The notes beneath the pieces were generated by a model. The model saw only the letters and a list, made by a program, of their open reading frames with translations, ran no database searches and was not told where the DNA came from. Positions 53,711 through 64,000 of a stretch of 64,000 nucleotides of DNA are shown here, piece by piece. The stretch comes from Lama glama (taxonomy: Eukaryota): positions 27,530,001 to 27,594,000 of the forward strand of contig CM052816.1 of assembly GCA_028534125.1 (NCBI GenBank), in the 5' to 3' direction. Positions within the stretch are counted from its first letter, which is position 1; each line of letters begins with the position of its first letter. Both the position numbers and the translations under genes were made by a program.

Positions 53711-53903
53711 CAAGGTTCCTCAACCTGAGGACTGCTGAAATTCTGGGCTTAATAATTCTTTATTCTATATATTGTAGAATATTTAGCAGCATCTCTGGCC
53801 TATATCCACTAGATGCAGCACCCTTCTCCCCAGCTGTGACACCCAAAATATCTCTAGACGTTGTACCCTGTGGGAAAAAACTGTCCCAGGTTGAGAATCA
53901 CTC
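53711..53903 (+). mobile_element. MER20-like hAT DNA transposon
   Basis: Termini 'caaggttcctcaacc' and 'ggttgagaatcact'; internal 'tttagcagcatctctggcctatatccactagatgc' and 'cagctgtgacacccaaaatatctctagac'. Confidence 0.8.
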
Positions 53904-54914
53904 CAGATAAGATCATTAAAATAGCTAATAATACTCCATATGTTACAGGAAGTAGAGAAAAACACGGACATGCTACAAAGACAAATGGAATATCACAGCA
54001 AAATCAATAACAGTGTATTGTAGGATTATTTGTAGAAGCAAAACGTATGTAAACAATAATACAAAGGCTCGGGGAAGAAAACTGAAGCATACTGTATTAA
54101 GGTACATGAACCACAAGTAAAGTGGTATGAAAACTACTTGAGGTTAGGCTGTGATAAGTCAAAGATGTATATTATAAACCTTAGAAGGCAATAACAAATA
54201 AAGCAATAAAAAATACCCAATTAATAGAAAATAAACAGAAAAATAGAATAAAAGAGGTACCCATGAGATAATGTGGAAATATATTTAAAAACTCAATAAA
54301 GAGGAGAGAATGGAAACTTCCTTATTCTAAAATGTCATCTAATAAATGTAGAAACAAGATGAAATTAAAAAAAAAACTATCATTTACTATAGCAATAATT
54401 GTTTCATGTAAGAATTATGAATTAATGTTAAAACTAGTGCATGAAAGTTTCAGGACAGAATTACACACAGTACCAAAGATACCACTTGAAACAAGTAAGC
54501 CAAGTTAATATTACCAGTAATGGGCCATATCAATATTATTACCTGCTTCCTGATATGATATACTAGGACAAATACAACATCCCTTCCGTAACATTACTGC
54601 CAGAAGTGCATAACTTGAATTTAATAGTGGGAATATTAGACAAAACCAAATAAAGAAACAATGTAAAATAAATCGATTTGTACTATTGAAAAATGTCACT
54701 GTCACAAAATCCTAAGACTGAGAAACTGTTCCCAACCAAAGAAACATGACAGGTGAATTTAAGGTGACAAATGGATATAAGGCATGATGCTTCATCTTCT
54801 GTGGCTATAAAAAGGCACTGGGGCAACTGGCAAAAATTGAGTATTTGGTAACTGGATTGTGGTAATACAAGAGACTAGAGAATGACTGTATTTTTAAAGA
54901 AAGGATATAAAGGT

Positions 54915-55070
54915 GGGCGAGAAGAAGAAAGAAATGAGAAAAGGGGGAGAGGAAGAGAGCAGATGAAGGGGGAGAGAGGGAGAGACTGAATGAGGGAGAA
55001 TGAGAAAAAGAAGGAAGAGAAAGGGGAAAAGGAAGAGAAGAAGGAAGAGAGGAGGAGAGGGAAGATGAGA
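54915..55070. repeat. GA-rich low-complexity polypurine tract
   Basis: About 150 nt of nearly pure G/A on the + strand. Confidence 0.9.
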
Positions 55071-55130
55071 CCCAAGGATAAAGTAAATGCAGTAAAACAT
55101 TAGTATCTGGGGAATTTGGGTGAAGGATAT

Positions 55131-55818
55131 TGTGCAGTAAAGAACTTGGTCGTGCCCAAAGAGAGAAACTGCCTTTGCCTTCAGCTTCATGGAGGTACTC
55201 TTCTGACAGGAGTGTCTCTGTTTAGGGCAGGAGGTGGCTGCACTAAAAAAGGCCAACCATGTCATTTAGGAATGGGGGCTTCAGGTCATATAGTATCAGT
55301 CCATTTCCAACAATCATGTGGGCAATCAACTGATCATGCCTACACACAGATGCCACAATAAAATTCTGGACACCAAAACCTGAGCAAGCTTCTGAGAATG
55401 ACAATACTTTGTGCATACTGATGCCAGGATGGCAATGCAATCTGAGGACAACAGAAACTTTGCATTCAGAATGCTCAGACTTTGCCCTTACGCATCTCTT
55501 CCTTTCGCTGATTATAATTTATAACCTTTCTCTGTAATAAACTAAAACTAGGAATATTTATAATAGGCTTCAGTGAGTTCTGGGGGGTTTTTCAAGCGAA
55601 TTTTTGAACCTGAGGGTATGTGGGGAACCCTCCCCCCACAACCTCCGAACCTGCAGTTGGTGTCAGAAGTAAGAGCAGAGTCTTGTGTGGGCTCTTTCCT
55701 CTAACTTTGTAGCTGAAACCTAACTCCTTGAAGTTGGGTTAAGAAGTCTTGGGCAGACTTGGCAGTCTGGAGGACAGTGTTCTCAACCTTGCAGTTTGGC
55801 TAAACCTGGGTAGGGACA
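55131..55818 (+). mobile_element. Old ERVL-type LTR (MER77/MER21-like)
   Basis: Starts TGTGCAGTAAAGAACTTGG and ends GGGACA. Internal AATAAA and 'gtgagttctg...gaacctgaggg...gcagttggtgtcagaagt' motifs. No clean TSD. Confidence 0.65.
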
Positions 55819-56576
55819 AAGACATTATTTTTTAGCTTTTCCTGGAATAATTTTTCATAATTAAAATTTCAATTGAAATCATTTTCAATTTGACATACTT
55901 GGAATTACATAAAATAAAAATTTAAAAGAAAAATTTTGCATTCAATACAACAAAAATAATTTTCTTTCTGCAAAACCTCTTGGAATCTATTGCTCTAGTT
56001 ATCTAAATTCCTAAGCTGTGGAAAAAGATAAAAATGACTTTTCAGAGTTTCTGAATTCCTGCTAACCAGAATGCTTTTCCTGCCATTAACAGTATCAATG
56101 CACAGAAAACCTAGAATTTAGTTAGCATTACCTAGTTAACTAAGAACCTCTAATTTCTCCCAGAGTAGCAAAAAGTAAAACATTTGAAGGAATTTAAAAA
56201 ATGCTGTTTTAAAATAACAGTACTATGAAGAATAAGGTAGTCCCTTCTTCAGTAAGTCATCTCATAACCTCTGCTCAACTATAAGGGGAAATGCTCTTTC
56301 AATCATATTTCACTCAGAATTAGTTCTTATAAATTTCAACTATGATTCCTCAAAAAATGTTTCTATAAGAACAAATGGCCAAATAACTAACTACATGTTG
56401 TGTTACTACACTGGAATGTGAATGTTGCCCAAATAACTGAAACTTCATTCAGAAATCTAAAAATTTCCTGGGAAACTATCTTAGAAAAGTCAAAATGCAC
56501 AAAATCACAAATAATTAAAATTATAGTAAAAATTAATATCTACTTGTATAATTTATTATCTGTATACCCATAATAA

Positions 56577-56633
56577 AAGTTACTATCTTAGTTTTGCTAA
56601 CAAAGTAAGTTACTATTTTAGTTTTGCTAACAA
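56577..56633. repeat. 30-bp-period tandem duplication downstream of the SRFBP1 stop
   Basis: aagttactat[c/t]ttagttttgctaacaa starting at 56577 and 56607. Confidence 0.9.
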
Positions 56634-56930
56634 GAATAACTTTTAGCAAATATGATCTATTTTAAATAGCTACAATTTTCTCATATTGTTCTATTATTTT
56701 AAATACACCTCAACATTTATTTTCAGGGTAAAGAAACAAAGAGCTAAACCAGTGAAATACATCATGATAAAACATAAATAAGAAAATCTGAAATAGCTAT
56801 TATCTCAAAATTCTTTTATAGAGGGAACAGTCTGGACATATTAAAAATTAACTTAACTATGTACTTGATTTGTGACAGTTTAAATATAACCTGAATATAC
56901 TTAGAAAAGAAAAATAAAGACAAAACCAAA

Positions 56931-56936
56931 TTTATT
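56931..56936 (-). terminator. SRFBP1: Candidate proximal SRFBP1 poly(A) signal
   Basis: Minus-strand AATAAA about 110 nt after the stop, followed by T/GT-rich 'tttggttttgtctttatttttc'. Confidence 0.55.
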
Positions 56937-57046
56937 TCTGTAAGCTGTTCAAAGAGACTTAATCCAATACAAATTTAAATAATGGGCTGGCTTAAAAAAG
57001 AAAAACAATTTTTATATAAAACAGTTCACACAAAGGTAGGTACTAA

Positions 57047-57231
57047 TCAATCATCAAAGGTGATTTTCTTCCCCTGAAACACAGCAATTTTAGATTGCTG
57101 TTCTTTTCGCCTCCGGCTTGCTTCCCATGAAGGATGAAGAGGCAGTTGTGATTTCTGTTTTGTATTTTCAAATCCTCTTTGTGTACTCTTATTAAATTGA
57201 TTCTTGATCTGAGGTTCAATTTGCTGAAAAC
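57047..57231 (-). CDS. SRFBP1: SRFBP1 (serum response factor-binding protein 1, BUD22-like) last coding exon
   Basis: tttctccag|GT TTT CAG... = (G)[14 protein letters not shown]...[34 protein letters not shown], the conserved SRFBP1/Bud22 C-terminus. Confidence 0.96.
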
Positions 57232-58489
57232 CTGGAGAAAGCAAAGTTAATGAAAACTAAGTTTTTACCTAAATAGCAAACAAGAGAAATACATTTTATC
57301 TTATCAAATCAGTATCCAAGGAAGAAATTTAGTTTTACTTAAGTGGAATACCTCATAATATAAAATCTAAGTCCAATAGGGAACAGTTTGAGGTTGAAAT
57401 ACACTTATAAGCAGTAAATTTGGGGGTACATGCTTTCAAATCTTATAAATAATGTTTATTGAGTGCCTCCTAGTATATGCTGTTCTGTCTTATTTACACT
57501 GATATTAAGAAAGGAAACATAGTCCAGACAACATGTAAGGAAAAAAAAAAAGAGGGGGCATCTTGTATTTCTAAAGAAATATGATTCATTAGCTTATGAT
57601 ATCTGTGTGTAGAGCAATGTAGCCAGAAAACTCACATGTTTTAACTAAAATACTGAATCCAACAATGCTGATGGGCGAGATTTTTAAAGGGCTGTTAATT
57701 GATTCCACTCTCTTCGGTTATTAAATAGAAAGTTGTGATTATAAGGTAAATTGCCATATCTACTCAAATTTAAGACCAACTTGTTTTTAACCATAGTTAT
57801 CCACCAGATATGAGGGTGGCAACCTGTATTCTATTCATTACAACCTCTTACATTATGAGGAATTCTAATATTATTTTGAACAAAGTACTGGGAGACATAC
57901 TGGAGACAAAAGATTGAATCGATGCATATTTATAGAATTAGAAAGAAAAAGAGAGGCAAAAATTTTAATAAAGATTAATTAATCAGTCCTAGTGGTGTGT
58001 CATTTCTCCACTGTAAGTTAATCATCATTATCAGAAGTCTTTTAAGGATATTAAAAAGCAAATGTCCAATGTTATACAATCAAGTAAACAGTTTGGAATA
58101 ACACTTCCAAAACAATCCTGTACACAGATTCAAAATGTTTCATATCTAGTACAAATCACATGTGCTCTAGAAATCTTATAATACAGAGTGGCTTTCGTGA
58201 TTAAGAGTGAAGAATATAAATGTTAAATGAAACTGTTTCATGTATAGTGAGATTCAAATAAGGTAATATTTCTAAACTGATACATATTTTACATAATTAT
58301 CTAAAGTATATTTGCATGTGCAAATGAATGGATAAGTTAAATATTATAAATATATAAGCTAAGTAAAAACAAGAACTAGTTTCACTTGGGTCTCCTCACT
58401 GGGAAATTGTGGGAGTGTCTTAAGTTCACAATTGTCCTATGTTTGTAAATATAAGGCTATATATTTGCCAAAGCTAGTATTTTAATACT

Positions 58490-58553
58490 AATAACATAAA
58501 AATAACATAAAATTAAAATAACATAAAATTAAATTAAATTAAATTAACATAAA
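58490..58553. repeat. AT-rich compound simple repeat (AATAACATAA / AAATT units)
   Basis: Seen directly. Confidence 0.8.
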
Positions 58554-60332
58554 AATTTGCCATGGGCTGTGTAGTTCAGCAGTAGGTAGTAAGGAAATGG
58601 ATATCTGAGGTTGAAAAGGGAGCACCCTATGTGTTAAAGAAAAGGTAAAACTGCTGCCAGTGGAAACTTTGGAAGTAGGTTACAGGCTTAGGGAATTGCA
58701 GCACCAGGGCAAATGGCTGTAAAGAATAAAAAGATTAGTGTACTGATGGCTTTTTGGCAATGTATTACAAAAAGAGTGTTCAGGAAAGAACTGGCCAGCT
58801 CACAGGCAGAAATGAAAGAGAAGAGAGGGTCCAGATATTTGGGAACTTAAGTTTTAGAAAAGCCTTTGGACTCCAAACAGTAAGTGATAAGACTGAGAAA
58901 GATTTTAAGCCCATACAAATTTAGCCCTGGAGTAGAGATAAAAGTATGGCCTTCTCAACAAAACCTGAAAGTCTCAATGCAACAGACACCGAATGATGGG
59001 GGGAGATGGGGGGGTGGGCAAGTGAAAAAACCCCGAAAACAACAACAAAAACAAACCACAAACATAAATAAGGCAAGATTGAAAACTAGCTCTAGGAAAG
59101 AATTTTTGGTGTGGTGACTAGCTCACTGATGGACTGATTAGAAACAAAGAAGTCAGAAATCCAGTATGTTTTTGAGGGAACTGTATTGTGAAAAGAAGCA
59201 CAAGCTTGGGCCAGAAAAAATCTGACTTAAGATTTAAAAATCATCTTCAGGATCAGTATTTTTACTAATCATGTGGGGCAATTCCCAGATTATACTAAAC
59301 ATCCACTGCACGTGTGTCATGGAACAAAGACCCTCCCAAGAACACAGAGACTATGGAGGACAGAGGATAGGAAAGTTCCTCACAGATCCTTCATAATTTT
59401 TGCTCAGGTAAGAGATGTGTTGCACACTTCCCATGTTTCCCTGCACAGATTCAGAGTCTTTATTGTATTTACCTGGTCCCTGCTCTGCTGCTAAATATTT
59501 GGTCTGAGTTGGGGGCAGGCAGTTTGTCGTTTTAGTGCACAGGTCACGAAATTTTGAGCACTCACGTACATAAGATTTGATGGAAAATACTGCATTACCC
59601 CTCAGTGATTCTCAGCTTTGAACTGGATATAGTGACTGGATGGGACTTTGGGTTGACCTCCACAGGAAGGAAGTATACTCTATGTGTGGAGGAAAAGTGA
59701 AATTAACATCTGGTGATCAAAAGGATGGTCAGTGACGGACAGTTATGTCTTCAAGAAATTCCACTTCCTTCTTCCACCCAGCCACGTAGTTAGACCACAT
59801 TTCTTAGCTCCCTTGTGGCTAGATGGGGTCATGTAACTGAATTCTAACTAATGAAATGTGAGCGGAACTGATTCCTGACACTTTTAGGCCTAGCCCATGA
59901 AAACCTCGTATTCTCCATGTACTCTATTCCCTTCTGTTAGCCGAAAGGAGAATACTGGGGAATAGACGAAGAAGGAGCCAAAAGATGGAAGGAGTCTGAT
60001 CCTTGAATGACTATGAGAAACACAGTCCCTCTGCTGATTTATAGCAGACTATAATGTGAGAAATAAATTCTTATTATTTTAAATCGGTGGGAGTTTAGGA
60101 TTACGTACAGAAGTCATCCTAGCCAAATATGTTAAACTTGATTTGTTATGAATTAATCTGAAAATACTTTAGTTTTACTCTTAATCTTGCAAGTAACATA
60201 TTTGTGCTCTATTTCCCTTTCTGTGGATACTTAAGTCATTCAGGCTATTAAGCAACAATAATTTTTCATCTTGCCACTTTGGTAAAGCATTGCTCAAATG
60301 CATATGGAAATCAGGCAGCCATTAATACATAC

Positions 60333-60361
60333 CTGGAGTTTTGCTTTTTGGAACCTGTTCT
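60333..60361 (-). CDS. SRFBP1: SRFBP1 penultimate micro-exon (29 nt using the CAG acceptor; 38 nt, 60333-60370, if the upstream AC position were used)
   Basis: Minus strand ttttacAAATTACAG|A GAA CAG GTT CCA AAA AGC AAA ACT CCA G|gtatgt. It bridges the phase-2 end of the large exon to the phase-1 start of the last exon, which cannot otherwise join in frame. Confidence 0.8.
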
Positions 60362-61584
60362 CTGTAATTTGTAAAAGATGAAAAACACGATTAGGACATT
60401 TAAAAGATAAACAACTCATCTGACTCTAAGAAGATAACATAATAAAAATGTTGATAAAACTCATTCAAAAAAACTATCATACCCCTTTATCCCCCCAGAC
60501 ACCAACAAAAAAAAAAAAATGAAAACCCTGAGTTTTAGCTACATCAAAAGTTTGTTAGACCCCAATATTACCAAAGAAACATGTAGCAATTTTCCTCTGA
60601 CCACCCTCATAGAGACTTGTGGCTATAAAATATCCTATCTTGGTTACCTTGTACTCTTGAGGTCTATCCAGACAAAGAATTTCAGCGGGAATGAGTCACA
60701 TGTAACAAAAATTATGATTTACACTTGTGGGAGAGGGCAGGGATAGTGGTGCATAATTCTCAGGTGAGGAAAAAATGTAGCTTTCTGAGGTAGAGCTGGG
60801 AGATATAGGGAATAATTTAGTAATTTTCAAGGCTTCAAAAATGGTTTGTGTGTTTTTTCCATACCCTTACTTTGGAAAATTTCAAAATCACATTTTTCTA
60901 TTTTTAAAAATTATTCCTGACCCATAAATAATAGAAAAACAGTTTACTGAAGAAAATTGCTAACCATGATTTTTATTCTAAAATGTAAAGATATCCCCTA
61001 CCAGATTAGAATTACAAATGAAATTAAACTTATTGATTTATAACAAAACAGCTGTGAAAAGTGGTGGTTAACAGCAGGGATGACGACAACATCACTAAAC
61101 ATAAAGCAGTCTGGAGGAACTCGGTGTTAGGGCAAGTAGCCTTATATACTGAAACAGGAATACATAATAAAATAATTGAGGTTTACAATAATGCCCTGGG
61201 TCATCAAGAGAAAAACAAAAATCCCACCATATTCTTTTCAGAAAGCTCTGTTTAAAAAGAGATATTATGTGAGACATTTTCAAAAGTTTTCATTAAAACT
61301 GAACTCAAAGTTTCAAAACTCTGACAATTGAAGGAAGAAACTTAAATTAGCTAGACAAATTATTTCGCTCTATCATCTCATTTTCTGATGAGGTTGGAAA
61401 AATGTAGCATTATCATACGTGTATTTGTACCTTGGAGAAGGCCAAGTCCAAACACAAGATGTATTGTATAAACCAGAATTATGTATGAGAGACAGTATCT
61501 CAAGTCCAGGGATGTGTAGATATTTCATATCTTTTAAAAAAATTAAGAACTAATAATTATTTCAGGATGAAAACATATTCTTAC

Positions 61585-62293
61585 CTTCCAGAGCTTTTAG
61601 ATCCAGATAAAGAATGGAAAAACACTGACTCAAACTTCCTTGCTTCTGTATGTGGCTTGTTTTTGTCATTTCTTATATCCTGATGGGTTTTAAGCACATC
61701 TTCTTCAGGTAAATATTTTGGGGGGACTCTTTGTTCCTTAACTGAAAAATGACAACTACTTTCCTTCTTCCGTGTCCGTTTGACTTTCCCAATGAAGAAG
61801 TCATCACCACTATCACTATCCTCAGACATGGAAGATTGTCTATAAAACCTTTCTTCTGTGCTATCATCAAAATACTCCTTCTCTTCTTCATGTAATTCTT
61901 CTCCATCACTGTTACTACTAAGTGAGCTATTGGACTCTTTCTTTTTTTTTATTTGACTTGATGTTTTTATTTTGGGGTCAGCAGGTATCTTCTGGGGTTC
62001 AGAAGGAACTGCAGAATCCTTTTCAGAAGGCTTTGATGGAGAATTTGGAATGTCCACTGCTTTGGGTCCATGTTCCATCTTGGCTATTTTTCCTTTTGAA
62101 TTATTTATTGGTTTCTTTGCCAATATTTTGGCTTCTTTCTCTTCTTGCTCACTGATAATAGTTCCTTCATGCTGTAACTTCCTGGCATCATTTGAACACA
62201 AAGTGTCCTTGGAATGATTTTCTTCTGAAGCATTCTTTGATGACTTAACTTCAGCAACATTTTGTCTTGCATCTTTAAAGGCTTTGACAGCAG
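61585..62293 (-). CDS. SRFBP1: SRFBP1 large internal exon (709 nt)
   Basis: cttgtag|CT GCT GTC AAA GCC TTT... = [11 protein letters not shown]...[41 protein letters not shown]...[19 protein letters not shown](R); donor AG|gtaaga. Confidence 0.96.
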
Positions 62294-63048
62294 CTACAAG
62301 AGAAACAGCACATGACTTGCTTCAGCATTGAAACAAATAATAAAACACCACTATTTCAATACAGTATTTTTAAATTATTTGGCAACACTTAAGAGAATAA
62401 CTGGAATTTATATTAACGTAATATAATGGGTATGAATTCACAAACAAATCTATTGACTTTTTAAAAACCAAACTTACAAAAAATGCTCAGAGGTATCCAT
62501 TTTAAATTTCTAAAATTAAAAGAAAATTCATCCCCTCACATACTGGTATTGTGAAGACCAGTAAAAACCTCATTGAATATAAATGAATAAAATGGCAACT
62601 TTAATTTTTGTAGTAATAATGTATTAATACAATTGTAGTGTGTTATAAATTGTGCTTTCAGACATAAAAATAAAAATCTACTCTGACAAAAGCACTTAAA
62701 TTTTTTCAACACACTTTATAATGCACACATAAATGAAAATTATGTGACTAAGTGGCAAAATCAAAAGTAATAATATGAACTACACTAATCTTTAGAAAAT
62801 AAACTCTGTTCAATATTATCATGAATATATATATTTTAGAAATTTAGAAAAAATAGAGATTTAGATTTTTACTCAGATGTCAGATATTGTCCATATTTTC
62901 AGGCATTTCCCACATTTGGAAATATTTAAAAGACACATTTATAATATAAAAAATCTTCAAAAGGAAGAAGAATCAATGAAATAAATAAATGAATGGCCAT
63001 GTATTCAGATCACATACAGTACATGGCTTAAAGTCATTTAATTCATAC

Positions 63049-63130
63049 CTTTTAGCACATCTACTTTTTTCTTCAGAAGAGGGTGCACTGCTAGTCTGGC
63101 AATTGCTCTTTCAGTTGCAGTAGAATCAGG
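63049..63130 (-). CDS. SRFBP1: SRFBP1 internal exon (82 nt); upstream exons lie beyond the window
   Basis: tttgcag|CCT GAT TCT... = [27 protein letters not shown]; donor G|gtatga. Phase matches the next exon. Confidence 0.95.
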
Positions 63131-63749
63131 CTGCAAATTGAAATAATAAACACATGGGAATAAAAACTACGTAGCACTACTAAGAAGTGAATAAAATACA
63201 ATCCATTATAATTTTTAAAAGTTAAGAGTTAGGAACAGGAATTTGTTAATATTCTAATTTGATAACTCACCTGTATAATCTATGCTAAAGAAAACACACT
63301 GACAAAAATACTACTGCTCTCAAACAATTAAAATTATCATGCAATCAATTAATAAATATTCTTTGAGTACTTAGTATCTTTCCAGAACTGTGGTAGGCAT
63401 CATGTGTGATATTAGAAAAAAATGTAATATAGCTCCTGCATTCAAAGAGTTTTAAAAGATCTAGTTAAGAAGATTAAATTAACATGAAAAAAAGTAACAT
63501 ATTAGTACTAAGCTGCATGATACAATTTATGACTACTGTAACGCTTGAAGTTCCATTTACTAGAGACCTAGAAATTATCAAATGCTACATATTTTTATTC
63601 TGAATGACTAGTACCACTACTGTATTCTCAGAACCTTCCACCAGTGCCTGGTTTACAGCTAACAGTTTATAGATAACTGACAATGAATGAATGGAACCAT
63701 ATATACATATACAAATACACAGTATTTAGAAACTCAGAAAATTCTTTAT

Positions 63750-64000
63750 TCAGACTAATTGCTTTAAGTATCATCTGTAGGCTGAAAACTTCCAAATTTC
63801 TACCTCTAGCTTTAACTTGAATTCTGGACTTACATACCCAACCTGACATGTTAAAAGAGAATTTTTTGATTTTCTTCTCAAATCTACTGCTATAGTCTTT
63901 CCCATCTTACTGTATGTAACTTTACTTTTTCTGGTTGCTCAGGCCTAAACCTTGATCACATTTCTCCTTCCTTACTGTATTGGTTGCAATCACTTTTGAA
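63750..64000 (+). mobile_element. L2 LINE fragment in an SRFBP1 intron
   Basis: 'atcatctgtaggctgaaaacttccaaatttctacctctagc', 'tagtctttcccatct' and 'ggttgctcaggcctaaaccttg' resemble sense-strand L2. Confidence 0.7.

Noticed and set aside
60371..61584. U12-type AT-AC intron suggested by the AC at the SRFBP1 acceptor
   Set aside because: The 5' splice site is GTAAGA, not the U12 consensus RTATCCTT.

Overview
This is eutherian mammalian genomic DNA, with no prokaryotic features such as operons or CRISPR arrays. It contains the complete 7-exon lysyl oxidase gene LOX on the + strand. The CDS joins 21386-22022, 22373-22481, 23577-23714, 24959-25115, 28387-28482, 28835-28950 and 32099-32105, giving 1260 nt and 419 aa, with a CpG-island promoter and a 3'UTR of about 3.6 kb. 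The last four coding exons of SRFBP1 lie on the - strand (63130-63049, 62293-61585, a micro-exon ending at 60333, and 57231-57047), arranged tail-to-tail with LOX as in other mammals. The rest is intronic or intergenic DNA rich in L1, L2, MIR, MaLR/ERV LTRs and hAT transposons. A short tRNA-derived SINE and the young L1 3' ends suggest a camelid, but this is inference. I find no evidence of a new multi-gene system. The best leads are: (1) an SRFBP1 micro-exon whose expected acceptor reads AC, with an in-frame CAG 9 nt downstream; (2) an intact solo ERV LTR with a target-site duplication (TSD) about 1.5 kb upstream of LOX; (3) a fold-back L1-derived hairpin; (4) a SINE with an apparent 3' transduction; (5) a palindromic miR-200 site in the LOX 3'UTR; (6) candidate upstream enhancers. 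Repeat family names and comparisons with human proteins come from memory and were not searched.
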